Part shown: piece by piece, positions 1-9,094 of the stretch
How the letters are laid out: every line of letters begins with the position of its first letter
Numbering within the stretch: position 1 is the first letter of the stretch
Assembly: GCA_003164675.1 (NCBI GenBank)
Contig: PLTX01000059.1
Location: 12,428 to 76,427, forward strand
Length of the DNA stretch: 64,000 nucleotides
DNA from: Verrucomicrobiota bacterium
GTDB taxonomy: Bacteria; Verrucomicrobiota; Verrucomicrobiia; Palsa-1439
Direction of reading: 5' to 3'
Position numbers and translations under genes: made by a program
The notes under the pieces: generated by a model
The model's input: the letters and a program-made list of their open reading frames with translations, nothing else
The model's database searches: none
Told to the model about the DNA's origin: nothing

Positions 1-504
1 GCGCCGGCTTTATTTGGCGGCTTCGTGGTATCCGGTGTTATCGACGGCACGATTCGTTACCGCCGTTTCAACGTGCCTCCCTCGCTGAAGTTCGTTGTGT
101 GCGTTCCCGATTTTCCCGTCTCCACGGAAAAAGCTCGGCCCCTGTTGCCGAAACAAGTGTCCCTCGGCGACGCGGTCGAGAACATGAAACGGGTGGCGTT
201 GATCACTTCGGTCTTCGCCACGGGCGACTACTCCCTGTTGCGTGGTTTATTCGACGACAAGCTTCATCAGCCGTATCGCAAGAAGCTCATCCCGATGCTG
301 GATGATGTCATCGCCGCCGGCGCCGAAGCCGGCGCGCTCGGCGGCTGGCTGAGCGGCTCCGGCCCCGGCATCGTCTGCATCACGGAGCAAAAGGAAAAAG
401 CCGTTGCTGAGGCCATGGTCAACGTGTTTGTCCGCCAGCAAATCCATTGTCAGCCACACATTCTCGTCGCCGACAACGACGGCACGCGTGTGAAGCGCGC
501 TTGA
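1..504 (+). CDS. thrB: Homoserine kinase, C-terminal part; the 5' end lies outside the window
   Basis: GHMP-kinase C-terminal motifs (HQPYR, LSGSGP). The reading frame is open from position 1. Confidence 0.7.
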   Translation, partial: APALFGGFVVSGVIDGTIRYRRFNVPPSLKFVVCVPDFPVSTEKARPLLPKQVSLGDAVENMKRVALITSVFATGDYSLLRGLFDDKLHQPYRKKLIPMLDDVIAAGAEAGALGGWLSGSGPGIVCITEQKEKAVAEAMVNVFVRQQIHCQPHILVADNDGTRVKRA

Positions 505-522
505 ACGCAAAGCCTTCGTGTC

Positions 523-2559
523 TCAAGGAGACGATGCGGGACTCGCGTTTGGGCTTTCTTTGAGAGCGGGCGTCGCACGCCGTTGTGCCTCGACAAACTC
601 GCGCTGCGCTTCGTCGCGCAGCCCCTGTTTTTCCAGCACTTTGGCCAGTGCGCTATGAACATCCGGCAGGTCCGGATTGAGCCGCGCCGCTTCTCGAAAC
701 TGTTCGGTGGCCTGCGCCAAATCCCCGCTGTTGGCCAGGGCAATGGCCAAATCGTAGTGGGCACTGGCGTTTTTCGGGTCGAACCGCAGGGCTTCTTCAT
801 ATTGCGGAATGGCCTGCGCAAAGTTTTCCCGTATCGCGAGGGCGTGGCCCAGATTGACGTGGGCCTCGGCGAACTCGGGCCGTAATTCGATGGCTCGCTG
901 AAACTGCCCGATTGCCTCGTCGAGTTTTCCGGACGAGGCGAGCGCGACTCCCAGATTGTTGCGCACCTCGGAAGCGCAGGGCTCCAACCGAAGCGCATCC
1001 TGATACTGCTTGATGGCTTCGGCAAACCTGCCCTGGGCTTCCAGGATGCAACCGAGATTGTAGCGGGGGCGAGCCAAATCAGGCTCCAACCGAATCGCTT
1101 GTTTGTACTGCTCCATCGCTTCTTCGATCCGTCCCTGCGACTGAAGCGCGCAACCAAGATTGTAGTGGCCAAGACCGTATTCTGGATTTGTCTGCAGCAC
1201 TTGGTGGAACAAATCGATTGCTTCCGTCAGCTTCCCTTCGGACACGAGCACGAGGCCCAGGTGATCGCGGGCGACCCAACTGTCTGGATTGCCAGCCAAT
1301 GTGGTTCTGGCGAACGTCCCCAGGTCCGCGTATGCCTTGCTGTGCTTGCGGGTGAGAGTCCACAACGTTGCCAGGACCACGACGCACAGGATGACGCCTG
1401 CGAAATCAGGAACCAGCCGCCGCCTGTCCTGCAGCCAGATGCTGCCAGCGGCAGCCAGCGTAATGACTCCGAGACTCGCGAGGTATTGAAAGTGATCCGC
1501 CACAAAGGAGTACCGCTGATATGAGAACGAGAAGATGCCGAGAAGTGGCGAAAGAACGCCGACGAAGAAAAGTAATGCGGCCAACGGGGCCCGGCTTCTC
1601 TTCCGCTGGGTCCACAGCACGATTAGCAACGCCAGGACGCCGATGGGGTAAAGATAGTCGACGCCCCTCAGGTGGTCGATCTGCCAGCGGGGATAAATGG
1701 GGCACAGGCCAACCGGCCAAAGGAGTTTTCCCAAATAAAACCAACAGGCGTGACCGGCAATAACAAGCCGTTGCGCCAGCGAGAACTGTAATTCCCCGAT
1801 CGCATTACCCACGGCCTCGCGTTCAATGCCGAGCGCGACCCATCCGGCGAAACCCGCGAGTGCCGCAAATGGGATGAGCGGCAGCACATCGCGCCTCCAA
1901 GAGAGGGTGCCGCGCTTCCACCACATGATCGCGACCATACCGATGGGCCATACGGCCGTCGTCGTTTTACTCAGCAACGCGCCGAGGAACAATCCCATGG
2001 CCATGGCGAACGATGCCGCGGTTCGCCTCTCATCGAATTTCAGATATGCCAGGACCGTGCCGAGAAAGAAGACTCCCGACATCGTGTTCTTAAGTTCGCT
2101 GATCCAAGCGACTGATTCGGCGTGCACCGGGTGCAGCGCGAAGATCGCCGCGGCGAGCCAACCTCCTTTGATTTGCAAGCGTCGCAAGACAGCGACGAGC
2201 AGCAGGGTTGCGCCGACATGGCAGGTGATGCTGACGAGGTGGTAGCCCAATGGCGCAGTCCCCCACAGCTTCTTCTCGATCCAGAATACCGTATCGACCA
2301 GCGGGTCGAAACGCTGCGTGATTCCGGGCTCCAACCAAATCCGTCTCAAGCCACCCGGGGTCCCCAATTCGGCCCTGGTTATATGCCGCCAATCGTCCCA
2401 AATGGGCTGCCCATGCCAGGCCGGCTGATATGCCAGAAGTGTGGAAGCCGCCAGGAAGAACGCCAGCAGCCAGTCGGGCAAGCCGAAAGGAGTCCGGGGT
2501 GCATCGAGCTGGCTCGCCGCTGATTGAGCCCGGTTCGAGGTCATTACTCGCCCATTCAA
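523..2559 (-). CDS. TMTC-like membrane protein: N-terminal polytopic domain (DUF1736/PMT_2-like, AWISELKNT motif) plus C-terminal TPR array
   Basis: Multi-TM N-terminal half. About 9 regular 34-aa TPR units (AEAHxNLG... pattern) in the C-terminal half. Paralog of the gene at 36768-39020. Confidence 0.75.
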   Translation of the reverse strand: MNGRVMTSNRAQSAASQLDAPRTPFGLPDWLLAFFLAASTLLAYQPAWHGQPIWDDWRHITRAELGTPGGLRRIWLEPGITQRFDPLVDTVFWIEKKLWGTAPLGYHLVSITCHVGATLLLVAVLRRLQIKGGWLAAAIFALHPVHAESVAWISELKNTMSGVFFLGTVLAYLKFDERRTAASFAMAMGLFLGALLSKTTTAVWPIGMVAIMWWKRGTLSWRRDVLPLIPFAALAGFAGWVALGIEREAVGNAIGELQFSLAQRLVIAGHACWFYLGKLLWPVGLCPIYPRWQIDHLRGVDYLYPIGVLALLIVLWTQRKRSRAPLAALLFFVGVLSPLLGIFSFSYQRYSFVADHFQYLASLGVITLAAAGSIWLQDRRRLVPDFAGVILCVVVLATLWTLTRKHSKAYADLGTFARTTLAGNPDSWVARDHLGLVLVSEGKLTEAIDLFHQVLQTNPEYGLGHYNLGCALQSQGRIEEAMEQYKQAIRLEPDLARPRYNLGCILEAQGRFAEAIKQYQDALRLEPCASEVRNNLGVALASSGKLDEAIGQFQRAIELRPEFAEAHVNLGHALAIRENFAQAIPQYEEALRFDPKNASAHYDLAIALANSGDLAQATEQFREAARLNPDLPDVHSALAKVLEKQGLRDEAQREFVEAQRRATPALKESPNASPASSP

Positions 2560-2619
2560 CCAACAATTCGCTGCGGGTTCAAGCAGGAGGGCACTGCCAA
2601 AACGACGCGACTCGCACCT

Positions 2620-3249
2620 TCAGCTCTCAGCGAGTGAGCGGAAGTAGCTGAGGTTTTCCAATTCGATAGCGAGGTTGACGTTGCTGACGACGACGTTGCT
2701 GGACACATGCAGCACGTTGGGCGCAAAATTGAGGATCGCATTCACGCCGGCAGCAACCAACCGGTTCGCCACGTCCTGCGCGACGGTGCTCGGCACGGTG
2801 ATGATCCCCATGTGAATCTTGCGCGCGCGAATGAAGTGTTCGAGCTTGTCGAGTTGCAGGATCGGCTGATTGTACGTCTTGCGGCGTTTGCGTTTCACAT
2901 CGACATCGAAACCGGCGACGATCTCGAAGCTTTCCTTTTCAAAGCCTTTGTAGGCAAGCAGCGCTGAGCCGAGATGGCCGACACCGACGAGCACGACCGG
3001 TTGAAGCTGTTTGCGCCCCAAAGCCTCGGCAATCCCCTCGCGCAGCTTCAAGACATCGTATCCGAGACCGCGCGTGCCGAAATGACCAAAGCTGGTCAAG
3101 TCCTTGCGCAACTGGGTGGGTTTGACGCCCGCCGCCAGCGCGAGCGCCTGGCTCGACGCGGTCTGCACGCCGTCTTCCGTGAATCGATCCAGACAGCGCA
3201 AATATACGCTCAGTCTGTAGACCGTCTTCTTGGGAATCGCGACCTTCAT
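2620..3249 (-). CDS. rex: Redox-sensing transcriptional repressor Rex
   Basis: Winged-helix N-terminus (VYRLSVYLRCL) plus Rossmann GVGHLG motif. Typical 209-aa size. Confidence 0.9.
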   Translation of the reverse strand: MKVAIPKKTVYRLSVYLRCLDRFTEDGVQTASSQALALAAGVKPTQLRKDLTSFGHFGTRGLGYDVLKLREGIAEALGRKQLQPVVLVGVGHLGSALLAYKGFEKESFEIVAGFDVDVKRKRRKTYNQPILQLDKLEHFIRARKIHMGIITVPSTVAQDVANRLVAAGVNAILNFAPNVLHVSSNVVVSNVNLAIELENLSYFRSLAES

Positions 3250-3314
3250 GGTTTCGTTACGATCGTCAGTTTAGCGGGCGTGGCGTGGAAAGTCAAAGGC
3301 TCGAGGCAATCCCC

Positions 3315-5174
3315 TCATGGCGCGCGCTCCTGTTGAATGTCGCGCCGAAGAGCGCGGGCGGACTGACTGTCTGGCTGGAGATGCAGGGCACGATCCAATT
3401 GTTGCATGGCTTCCTCTTTCTGTCCAACATCACGTAACGCCACGGCCAGCGCCACACGACGATCCACGTTATACGGGTTGATTTCCACAGCGCGCCGCAG
3501 GCGGGGAAGTGCGCTGGTGACCCGGTTGGCTGCCATGTATAACTCCCCCAAATTGTAGGTCGTGTCAGCGTAATCGGGCGCAAACTCTTCAATTTGCAGA
3601 CATTGATCGATGGCCATCTGGCGTGCTGGCATGTCGAGTGAGCGGGCCAGCGCCCCGGCCAAAAGGTATCGCGTGCTCAATCGAAAGGGCTCCAAGACGA
3701 GCGCTCGTGACGCGTAATCGGCCGCAGCACCCATATCGCCCCTTTCCTCCGCGAGACGCGCCCGGCGGTCCAGCCAATCCGCTGCCATCGGGTGAACGAC
3801 GGCTGACGAGATGATTCCGATCCCTAGAATCAAACATACCGCTGCGGCACACCATGGCAGCGTCTTGGAGCGAAACGTGAACGGAGCCGCGTCGGATGGC
3901 GCGGTTCCCCTTCCGACCAGCAATCCCATGAGCAACCAAAGCAAACTTTGGTTTGGGAGATACCGCACGTCCACATCCACCAAGCTGTGGAGCATGAACA
4001 CCAGCATCGCCGCCAACAACCCCAGTGTAGCGCCGCGCTCGGTTCCATCGGTTTGCCGACTTGCGCGCAGGCCGCACCACACAGCCATCCCCCAAAGCCA
4101 GAGTGTGGCGGCCAAACCCACCAGCCCCTGTTCCGCGGCGACTTCCAACAGTTCGTTATGCGCATGGTCGGTAACGTTGGTCGCTTTCCGTCGCAAAAAA
4201 TACTGCGGCAACCGATATTGTGGATACACGGCTACATACGTTCCGAAGCCGTGTCCCAGAAGCGGCCGCGCGGCAATCATGGAAATCGTTGCTTTCCAGA
4301 TCGGCGGTCTCACATCGGACTGCCATTGCTCTCGAACGCAGGACCGCCCCAACAAACTCACAATCGCGAGCGCCAGCGTGACGACGATGGCGCGCGCCAG
4401 CCAACGCCGCAAAATTCGATCCCCAAACCCAACAAACCAGAAGATGGCCACGGCTCCCAGCGCCAGCCACGCTCCCCGCGAACGGCAGAACAGCATCGCC
4501 GCAAGCAAGACGAGGTTGCCAAGAACCGGCCATGTTCCGCCGACGGATGCGCCAATGACCAAAGACGCCGCGAGATACACCCCGAGGAAGTCCCAGTTCC
4601 CAAGTGTCGACAGAAACTCCGGTTCAAACTTCAGCCGCACCAGTCCATTCGCCGCCACCATCACGGCCACGACGATCCATAGTTGGCGAATACGGCCGGT
4701 CGATTCACGCGGCGCGTTTGCCGCCAAAAAAAAGATCGCTGCATTTCCGCAGAGCCGCGGAAGCAATCCAATCCCAAAATACGAATGCTCGCTGAATCGC
4801 GTGGAGACGATGGCGCTTGCCAAAACCGCCAGGACGGGCACAATCACCCGTTGCTTGAAGGGAAAAGCCGGGAGATCCATCGCGGTGTCTCCACCAAGTG
4901 CTTTTCTTAGAAGCCTGGTGCCGCCGAGTACCGCGCTCCCAGCCAGGATAATCTCGGGCAACGGCACCGAGCAGTCATACCGAAAGTGGGCCCAGGATCT
5001 GGGGAGCCAACCCAACGGGAAGGTGAACAATGGCAAGGCAAGGACGAGCACCAAAACCAGTTCCCGCCTCTTGCGATTCCACATGCGTCGAACCCGTGTC
5101 GTCTGCAGTTTGCCGATGAACGAGTCTATCAGACCCGACAACGGACGAAACAAAAAAACGAGCCCCGGCACCAA
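3315..5174 (-). CDS. O-antigen ligase-like (Wzy_C) polytopic membrane protein fused to C-terminal TPR repeats
   Basis: AHNELLEVAAEQGLVGL ligase motif. Many TM helices. About 4 TPR units at the C-terminus. The true start may be the internal Met near 5084. Confidence 0.7.
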   Translation of the reverse strand: MVPGLVFLFRPLSGLIDSFIGKLQTTRVRRMWNRKRRELVLVLVLALPLFTFPLGWLPRSWAHFRYDCSVPLPEIILAGSAVLGGTRLLRKALGGDTAMDLPAFPFKQRVIVPVLAVLASAIVSTRFSEHSYFGIGLLPRLCGNAAIFFLAANAPRESTGRIRQLWIVVAVMVAANGLVRLKFEPEFLSTLGNWDFLGVYLAASLVIGASVGGTWPVLGNLVLLAAMLFCRSRGAWLALGAVAIFWFVGFGDRILRRWLARAIVVTLALAIVSLLGRSCVREQWQSDVRPPIWKATISMIAARPLLGHGFGTYVAVYPQYRLPQYFLRRKATNVTDHAHNELLEVAAEQGLVGLAATLWLWGMAVWCGLRASRQTDGTERGATLGLLAAMLVFMLHSLVDVDVRYLPNQSLLWLLMGLLVGRGTAPSDAAPFTFRSKTLPWCAAAVCLILGIGIISSAVVHPMAADWLDRRARLAEERGDMGAAADYASRALVLEPFRLSTRYLLAGALARSLDMPARQMAIDQCLQIEEFAPDYADTTYNLGELYMAANRVTSALPRLRRAVEINPYNVDRRVALAVALRDVGQKEEAMQQLDRALHLQPDSQSARALRRDIQQERAP

Positions 5175-5214
5175 GGCGCCGAGGCTCGTTCGCTAGTGTC
5201 CTGACGTTGATCCG

Positions 5215-5859
5215 TTACGTTGACGGAATTACTTCAGCACGCAGCACGTTGTTCGCATTCGGCTGGTCGTTGGTGCCACACGTGGCTGGCAGGGTATTCA
5301 TCCACGAGCAGTGCCCGTCATTAAACAAAATGTTTCCGCCCTGATCCCTGTGCGGCGCGATCGGTAACTGGCCGGAACCTGCCCACCGCGCCCCGACGGT
5401 GTACCCCGATTCCAACACGCCACTGCCCATACGATCCAAGGCAATGATTGAATCGGGTTGATCCTGCCAAAAAAGACCGGCGCAGTACGTGTAGCTAACC
5501 GCAAAAGCGCGGGTTGAGTCGTTTGTCAGGGGGTAATTCGCTTGCGCTTTCGCGGCGCTGTCACTGGGACACGCGAAAACCTTCGCCGACGTGACGACAT
5601 TGCTCAACAGGTTGAACGACGAGCAGAGTGGTTTGGTCACCGTCGTCAGCGGCATCCTGCCGCCGTAATTATCTGCGTACATGGCGATGCCCAAGCCGAT
5701 CTGCTTAAGGTTGCTCAGGCAGTTTGCCCGACGCGCCTTTTCACGAGCTTGATTCAACGCGGGCAGTAACATCGCTGCCAGAATCCCGATGATCGCGATG
5801 ACAACCAGCAACTCAATCAGCGTAAAGCCGCCAATTTTGTGTTTCAGTAAGCGTCTCAT
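5215..5859 (-). CDS. DUF1559 protein with a prepilin-type N-terminal cleavage/methylation domain
   Basis: N-terminus [26 protein letters not shown] plus the C-terminal DUF1559 signature (FNDGHCSWM). This family is massively expanded in Planctomycetes/Verrucomicrobia. Confidence 0.85.
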   Translation of the reverse strand: MRRLLKHKIGGFTLIELLVVIAIIGILAAMLLPALNQAREKARRANCLSNLKQIGLGIAMYADNYGGRMPLTTVTKPLCSSFNLLSNVVTSAKVFACPSDSAAKAQANYPLTNDSTRAFAVSYTYCAGLFWQDQPDSIIALDRMGSGVLESGYTVGARWAGSGQLPIAPHRDQGGNILFNDGHCSWMNTLPATCGTNDQPNANNVLRAEVIPST

Positions 5860-5899
5860 TGTTCGGTCCTCCGTATGATTCGCACAGGACTGTATCCCC

Positions 5900-5939
5900 G
5901 TGCACGCGTAACACTATCCCCATACCCCACGCGTGGCAC
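5900..5939. promoter_or_regulatory. Imperfect palindrome GTGCACGCGT-N19-ACGCGTGGCAC with an internal TATCCCC direct repeat, in the divergent DUF1559 / ECF-sigma intergenic region
   Basis: Read from the sequence. Located between divergently oriented genes. Confidence 0.3.
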
Positions 5940-6132
5940 GTAAAAGGTTTGTAAAAAAACGCTGTGCGGATAAGAAGAATGAATCGAGAAAAAGGTCAAC
6001 GCCTTACCGCTGACAAATCTCGTCCGCGCACGAACCATCCTCGCTAATCATCAGACGCTGGGCCTGGTCGCCAGACCGCATCGACACATTTCCTGTCACC
6101 TCTTCATCCTTTCCCGGTACTTATACGGTGAT

Positions 6133-7584
6133 ATGATGACGAGCCAGACAACGCCGACGGCAGTGAACAGTGACGAAAAATTGGTAGAATGGAGCCTGAC
6201 GGGTGACCGCAATGCCTTCCGGCAGATCGTCGAGCGGTATCAAGCGTTGGTGTGCTCGATCACCTACAACGCGACGGGCAGCCTGACCCTCAGCGAAGAC
6301 CTTGCCCAGGAAACCTTTGTCGCGGCGTGGAAGCAGCTTTCCGAACTGCGCGAGCCTGCGCACCTCCGCGCCTGGTTGTGCGGCATCACCCGCTTCCTGG
6401 TCGGCAAAGAACTCCGCCAGCGGGGCCGCGAGCCAATCCACGCGGCGGAGCCACTGGACGCAATTCATGATCCGCCATCTCCCGAGCCGTCGCCGTCGTC
6501 GCAAGCCGTCAGCCGTGAAGAAGAGGCGATCCTCTGGCGCGCGCTCGAAAGAATTCCTGGCGCCTACCGTCAGCCGCTCATCCTGTTCTACCGTGAACAA
6601 CAATCCGTCGAGCGCGTCGCCATCGAGTTGGAGTTGAGCGAGGACGCTGTCAAACAACGGCTCTCGCGCGGACGCAAACTCCTGCATGAGGAAGTCATCG
6701 CGTTCGTCGAGGGAACGTTGACGCGGACAGCGCCGGGTCAGAAGTTTTCCAGTGCTGTCCTCGCCGCGCTGCCGATGGCCGCAACTTCAGCGGCAGCAGG
6801 TTTGGGCATGGGAGCAAAGGGCGCCGCCGCGGCCAAGTCGGGCTTTCTGGCCGCGTGGCTGGCAACGTTGGCTCCTTTTGTCGGGATTTTCGCTGGCATC
6901 TCATCACAGTGGCTGGCCATCCGCGCCACCACAGACGCGCGCGAACGCCGGGTCAGAACGATTGAATTGATCGCGCTCTGGATTTGCATGGTGCTATTTG
7001 TCTTCGCCGGTCAATATGCCATGCGATCCTTGCGACACCATTTGGAGTGGAGCAAGCAGTCGTTCTTCGTCGCGATGGCGGGCTTCTGGTGGCTCTATGC
7101 CATCATCTTCCTCACGTGGTTCACCGTCATTGCCCGTCGGAGCCTAGCTGTCCGCCAGCAACGGGAGGACGCCGGCGAAATCACCCGACTGACGACACGC
7201 ACGCGTGTGGCGTTGCTGGTCGGCACGCATCTGGCTGCGTTTTCGTGGTTGATTTCTGTGGCGTGGGGCGCCAACGACCGAACCACAGCCGGTGCCATCG
7301 CCGCACTCATGGTCGGGTTGGGTGTTTGGAATTTCCTCAGTCTCCGCGGTCTGTCCGGAATGGCGGCAGCGCGGATGAGCAGCCGGCATGGTGCTTCCTG
7401 TTGCGTCATGATTGTGGTGGTATTGAACCTGCGATTGGACGTGTGGTTGGCGGCGCGCTATGGAGTCAGCGTTGCCGAATTCCACCACCTGTTTCCCATG
7501 TGGATCATTCCCTCGCTCACCTTGGCGCTGGCGCTCTGGATTGGACTGGTCCTGGCCCTGACCAAACCCAAGCGCCACTCCTAG
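6133..7584 (+). CDS. ECF (sigma-70 family) sigma factor fused in-frame to a ~290-aa C-terminal polytopic membrane domain
   Basis: Sigma region 2 (EDLAQETFVAAW) and region 4 (ERVAIELELSEDAVKQRLSRGRKLL) lie in the first ~195 aa. They are followed, with no stop codon, by 6-8 predicted TM helices. Confidence 0.75.
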   Translation: MMTSQTTPTAVNSDEKLVEWSLTGDRNAFRQIVERYQALVCSITYNATGSLTLSEDLAQETFVAAWKQLSELREPAHLRAWLCGITRFLVGKELRQRGREPIHAAEPLDAIHDPPSPEPSPSSQAVSREEEAILWRALERIPGAYRQPLILFYREQQSVERVAIELELSEDAVKQRLSRGRKLLHEEVIAFVEGTLTRTAPGQKFSSAVLAALPMAATSAAAGLGMGAKGAAAAKSGFLAAWLATLAPFVGIFAGISSQWLAIRATTDARERRVRTIELIALWICMVLFVFAGQYAMRSLRHHLEWSKQSFFVAMAGFWWLYAIIFLTWFTVIARRSLAVRQQREDAGEITRLTTRTRVALLVGTHLAAFSWLISVAWGANDRTTAGAIAALMVGLGVWNFLSLRGLSGMAAARMSSRHGASCCVMIVVVLNLRLDVWLAARYGVSVAEFHHLFPMWIIPSLTLALALWIGLVLALTKPKRHS

Positions 7585-7662
7585 CCTCGCCGTCTTCGTG
7601 CAATTCGCGTCTGCTTCGTGCACTTGGCGATTAACCAGTCACCGGCTGTCGCACCGTTGGTC

Positions 7663-8982
7663 TTACACGACCGAAAACATCACTTCCGCTTCGCTCACGA
7701 CCTCGCCAGCCACCTTGCATACGCCTTTGGCCTTGGCGATCCTGGCCCGGGCACGGCCCATCTCCACTTCGATGATGAGTTGGTCGCCGGGACGGACTGG
7801 CTTGCGCCATTTCACGTTGTTGGCGCTCATGAAATACGCCACCTTCCCCGCGTTCTCACCCGACCGCAGCATCAACACGCCCGCCACCTGCGCCATCGCC
7901 TCCAACTGCAGCACTCCCGGCATGATCGGATGACCGGGAAAATGTCCCTGGAAAAACGGCTCGTTGATCGTGACGTTTTTCAGCCCGATGATTTTCTCCT
8001 CGCCCTCGATCTTCAAAATGCGGTCCACCAGCAAAAACGGATACCGATGCGGCAGCACGTTTAGCAACCGCATGATGTCCATCGCCGGCTCGCTCGGCGT
8101 CTCCGCAGGCATCGGCGGCGCGAACGCCACCGGCGCGGGCTGTTCCTTCTCCATGAGATTGGCCAGCGCTTTCGTCAACGCGGCGTTGCAGGAATGTCCC
8201 GGCCGAATCGTAATGATATGCGCCGCCAGCGGCCGCCCCAACAGCACGATATCACCGAGGATATCGAGGATCTTATGCCGCACAAATTCATCACGGAACC
8301 GCAATGGCTCCGTCGCCAGAATCGTCTCGTTGCGAATCAACACCGCGTTCTCAAGGCTGCCGCCTTTGATCAATCCGTGGTCGACGAGATACTGAATCTC
8401 TTCATACAGCGCAAACGTGCGCGCCGGCGAAATCTGCGTCTCGAATGTCTCCGGCTCGATCGCCAGACTCAGGAATTGCGCGTCCAGTCCCGTCTTGCCG
8501 TAATGAATCGTGCAACTGATCCGCAATTGGTCGCTCGGCACCACCACCGCCAGCGAGTCGCCCACCTCGACGTGCACCATCTCCTGCGGACGGAAAATCT
8601 CCCGCTTGCCTTCCTGCGGCTGGATGCCAGCCTCCTTGATCAGGTTCACGTACGGTCGCGCGCTGCCGTCGCCGACGGGCGGCTCGGACGCGTCGAGTTC
8701 GATGATGAGGTTGTCGATCCCGTAGCCGTTCAGCGTCGCCAGCACGTGCTCGACCGTATGAATGACCGTGCCGTTGGTGCCGATGGTCGTCCAGCGTGTC
8801 GTGTCGCCGAGGTTGCGGATGTTCGGCTCGATTTCGGGTTTCCCGTCGAGATCGACCCGCACAAACTTGATGCCATGGTCCACCGGCGCGGGCTTCCACG
8901 TCATGTTGACCATGGAACCCGTGTGAATGCCAATGCCCGAGAACGACACCGGCCGCTTGATCGTCTGCTGCTGTTTCAGCAT
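7663..8982 (-). CDS. lpxC-fabZ: Bifunctional UDP-3-O-acyl-GlcNAc deacetylase / 3-hydroxyacyl-ACP dehydratase (LpxC-FabZ fusion)
   Basis: N-terminal LpxC motifs (HTVEHVLATL, ISCTIHYG, HKILDILGD) and C-terminal FabZ hot-dog (LPHRYPFLLVDRIL, FFQGHFPGHPIMPGVL). Start refined to ATG at 8982. The upstream extension of the ORF overlaps livK. Confidence 0.9.
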   Translation of the reverse strand: MLKQQQTIKRPVSFSGIGIHTGSMVNMTWKPAPVDHGIKFVRVDLDGKPEIEPNIRNLGDTTRWTTIGTNGTVIHTVEHVLATLNGYGIDNLIIELDASEPPVGDGSARPYVNLIKEAGIQPQEGKREIFRPQEMVHVEVGDSLAVVVPSDQLRISCTIHYGKTGLDAQFLSLAIEPETFETQISPARTFALYEEIQYLVDHGLIKGGSLENAVLIRNETILATEPLRFRDEFVRHKILDILGDIVLLGRPLAAHIITIRPGHSCNAALTKALANLMEKEQPAPVAFAPPMPAETPSEPAMDIMRLLNVLPHRYPFLLVDRILKIEGEEKIIGLKNVTINEPFFQGHFPGHPIMPGVLQLEAMAQVAGVLMLRSGENAGKVAYFMSANNVKWRKPVRPGDQLIIEVEMGRARARIAKAKGVCKVAGEVVSEAEVMFSVV

Positions 8983-9094
8983 GGACGCGTTTGTAACACG
9001 TTCTTGATTCGCTACGCAAGCCTGCGTCCGCGAGGCCGTTGGCGCGACTGGCTTTGGGATTGCCTGCGCTGGTCGTTTGTGACACAAAACCCGC

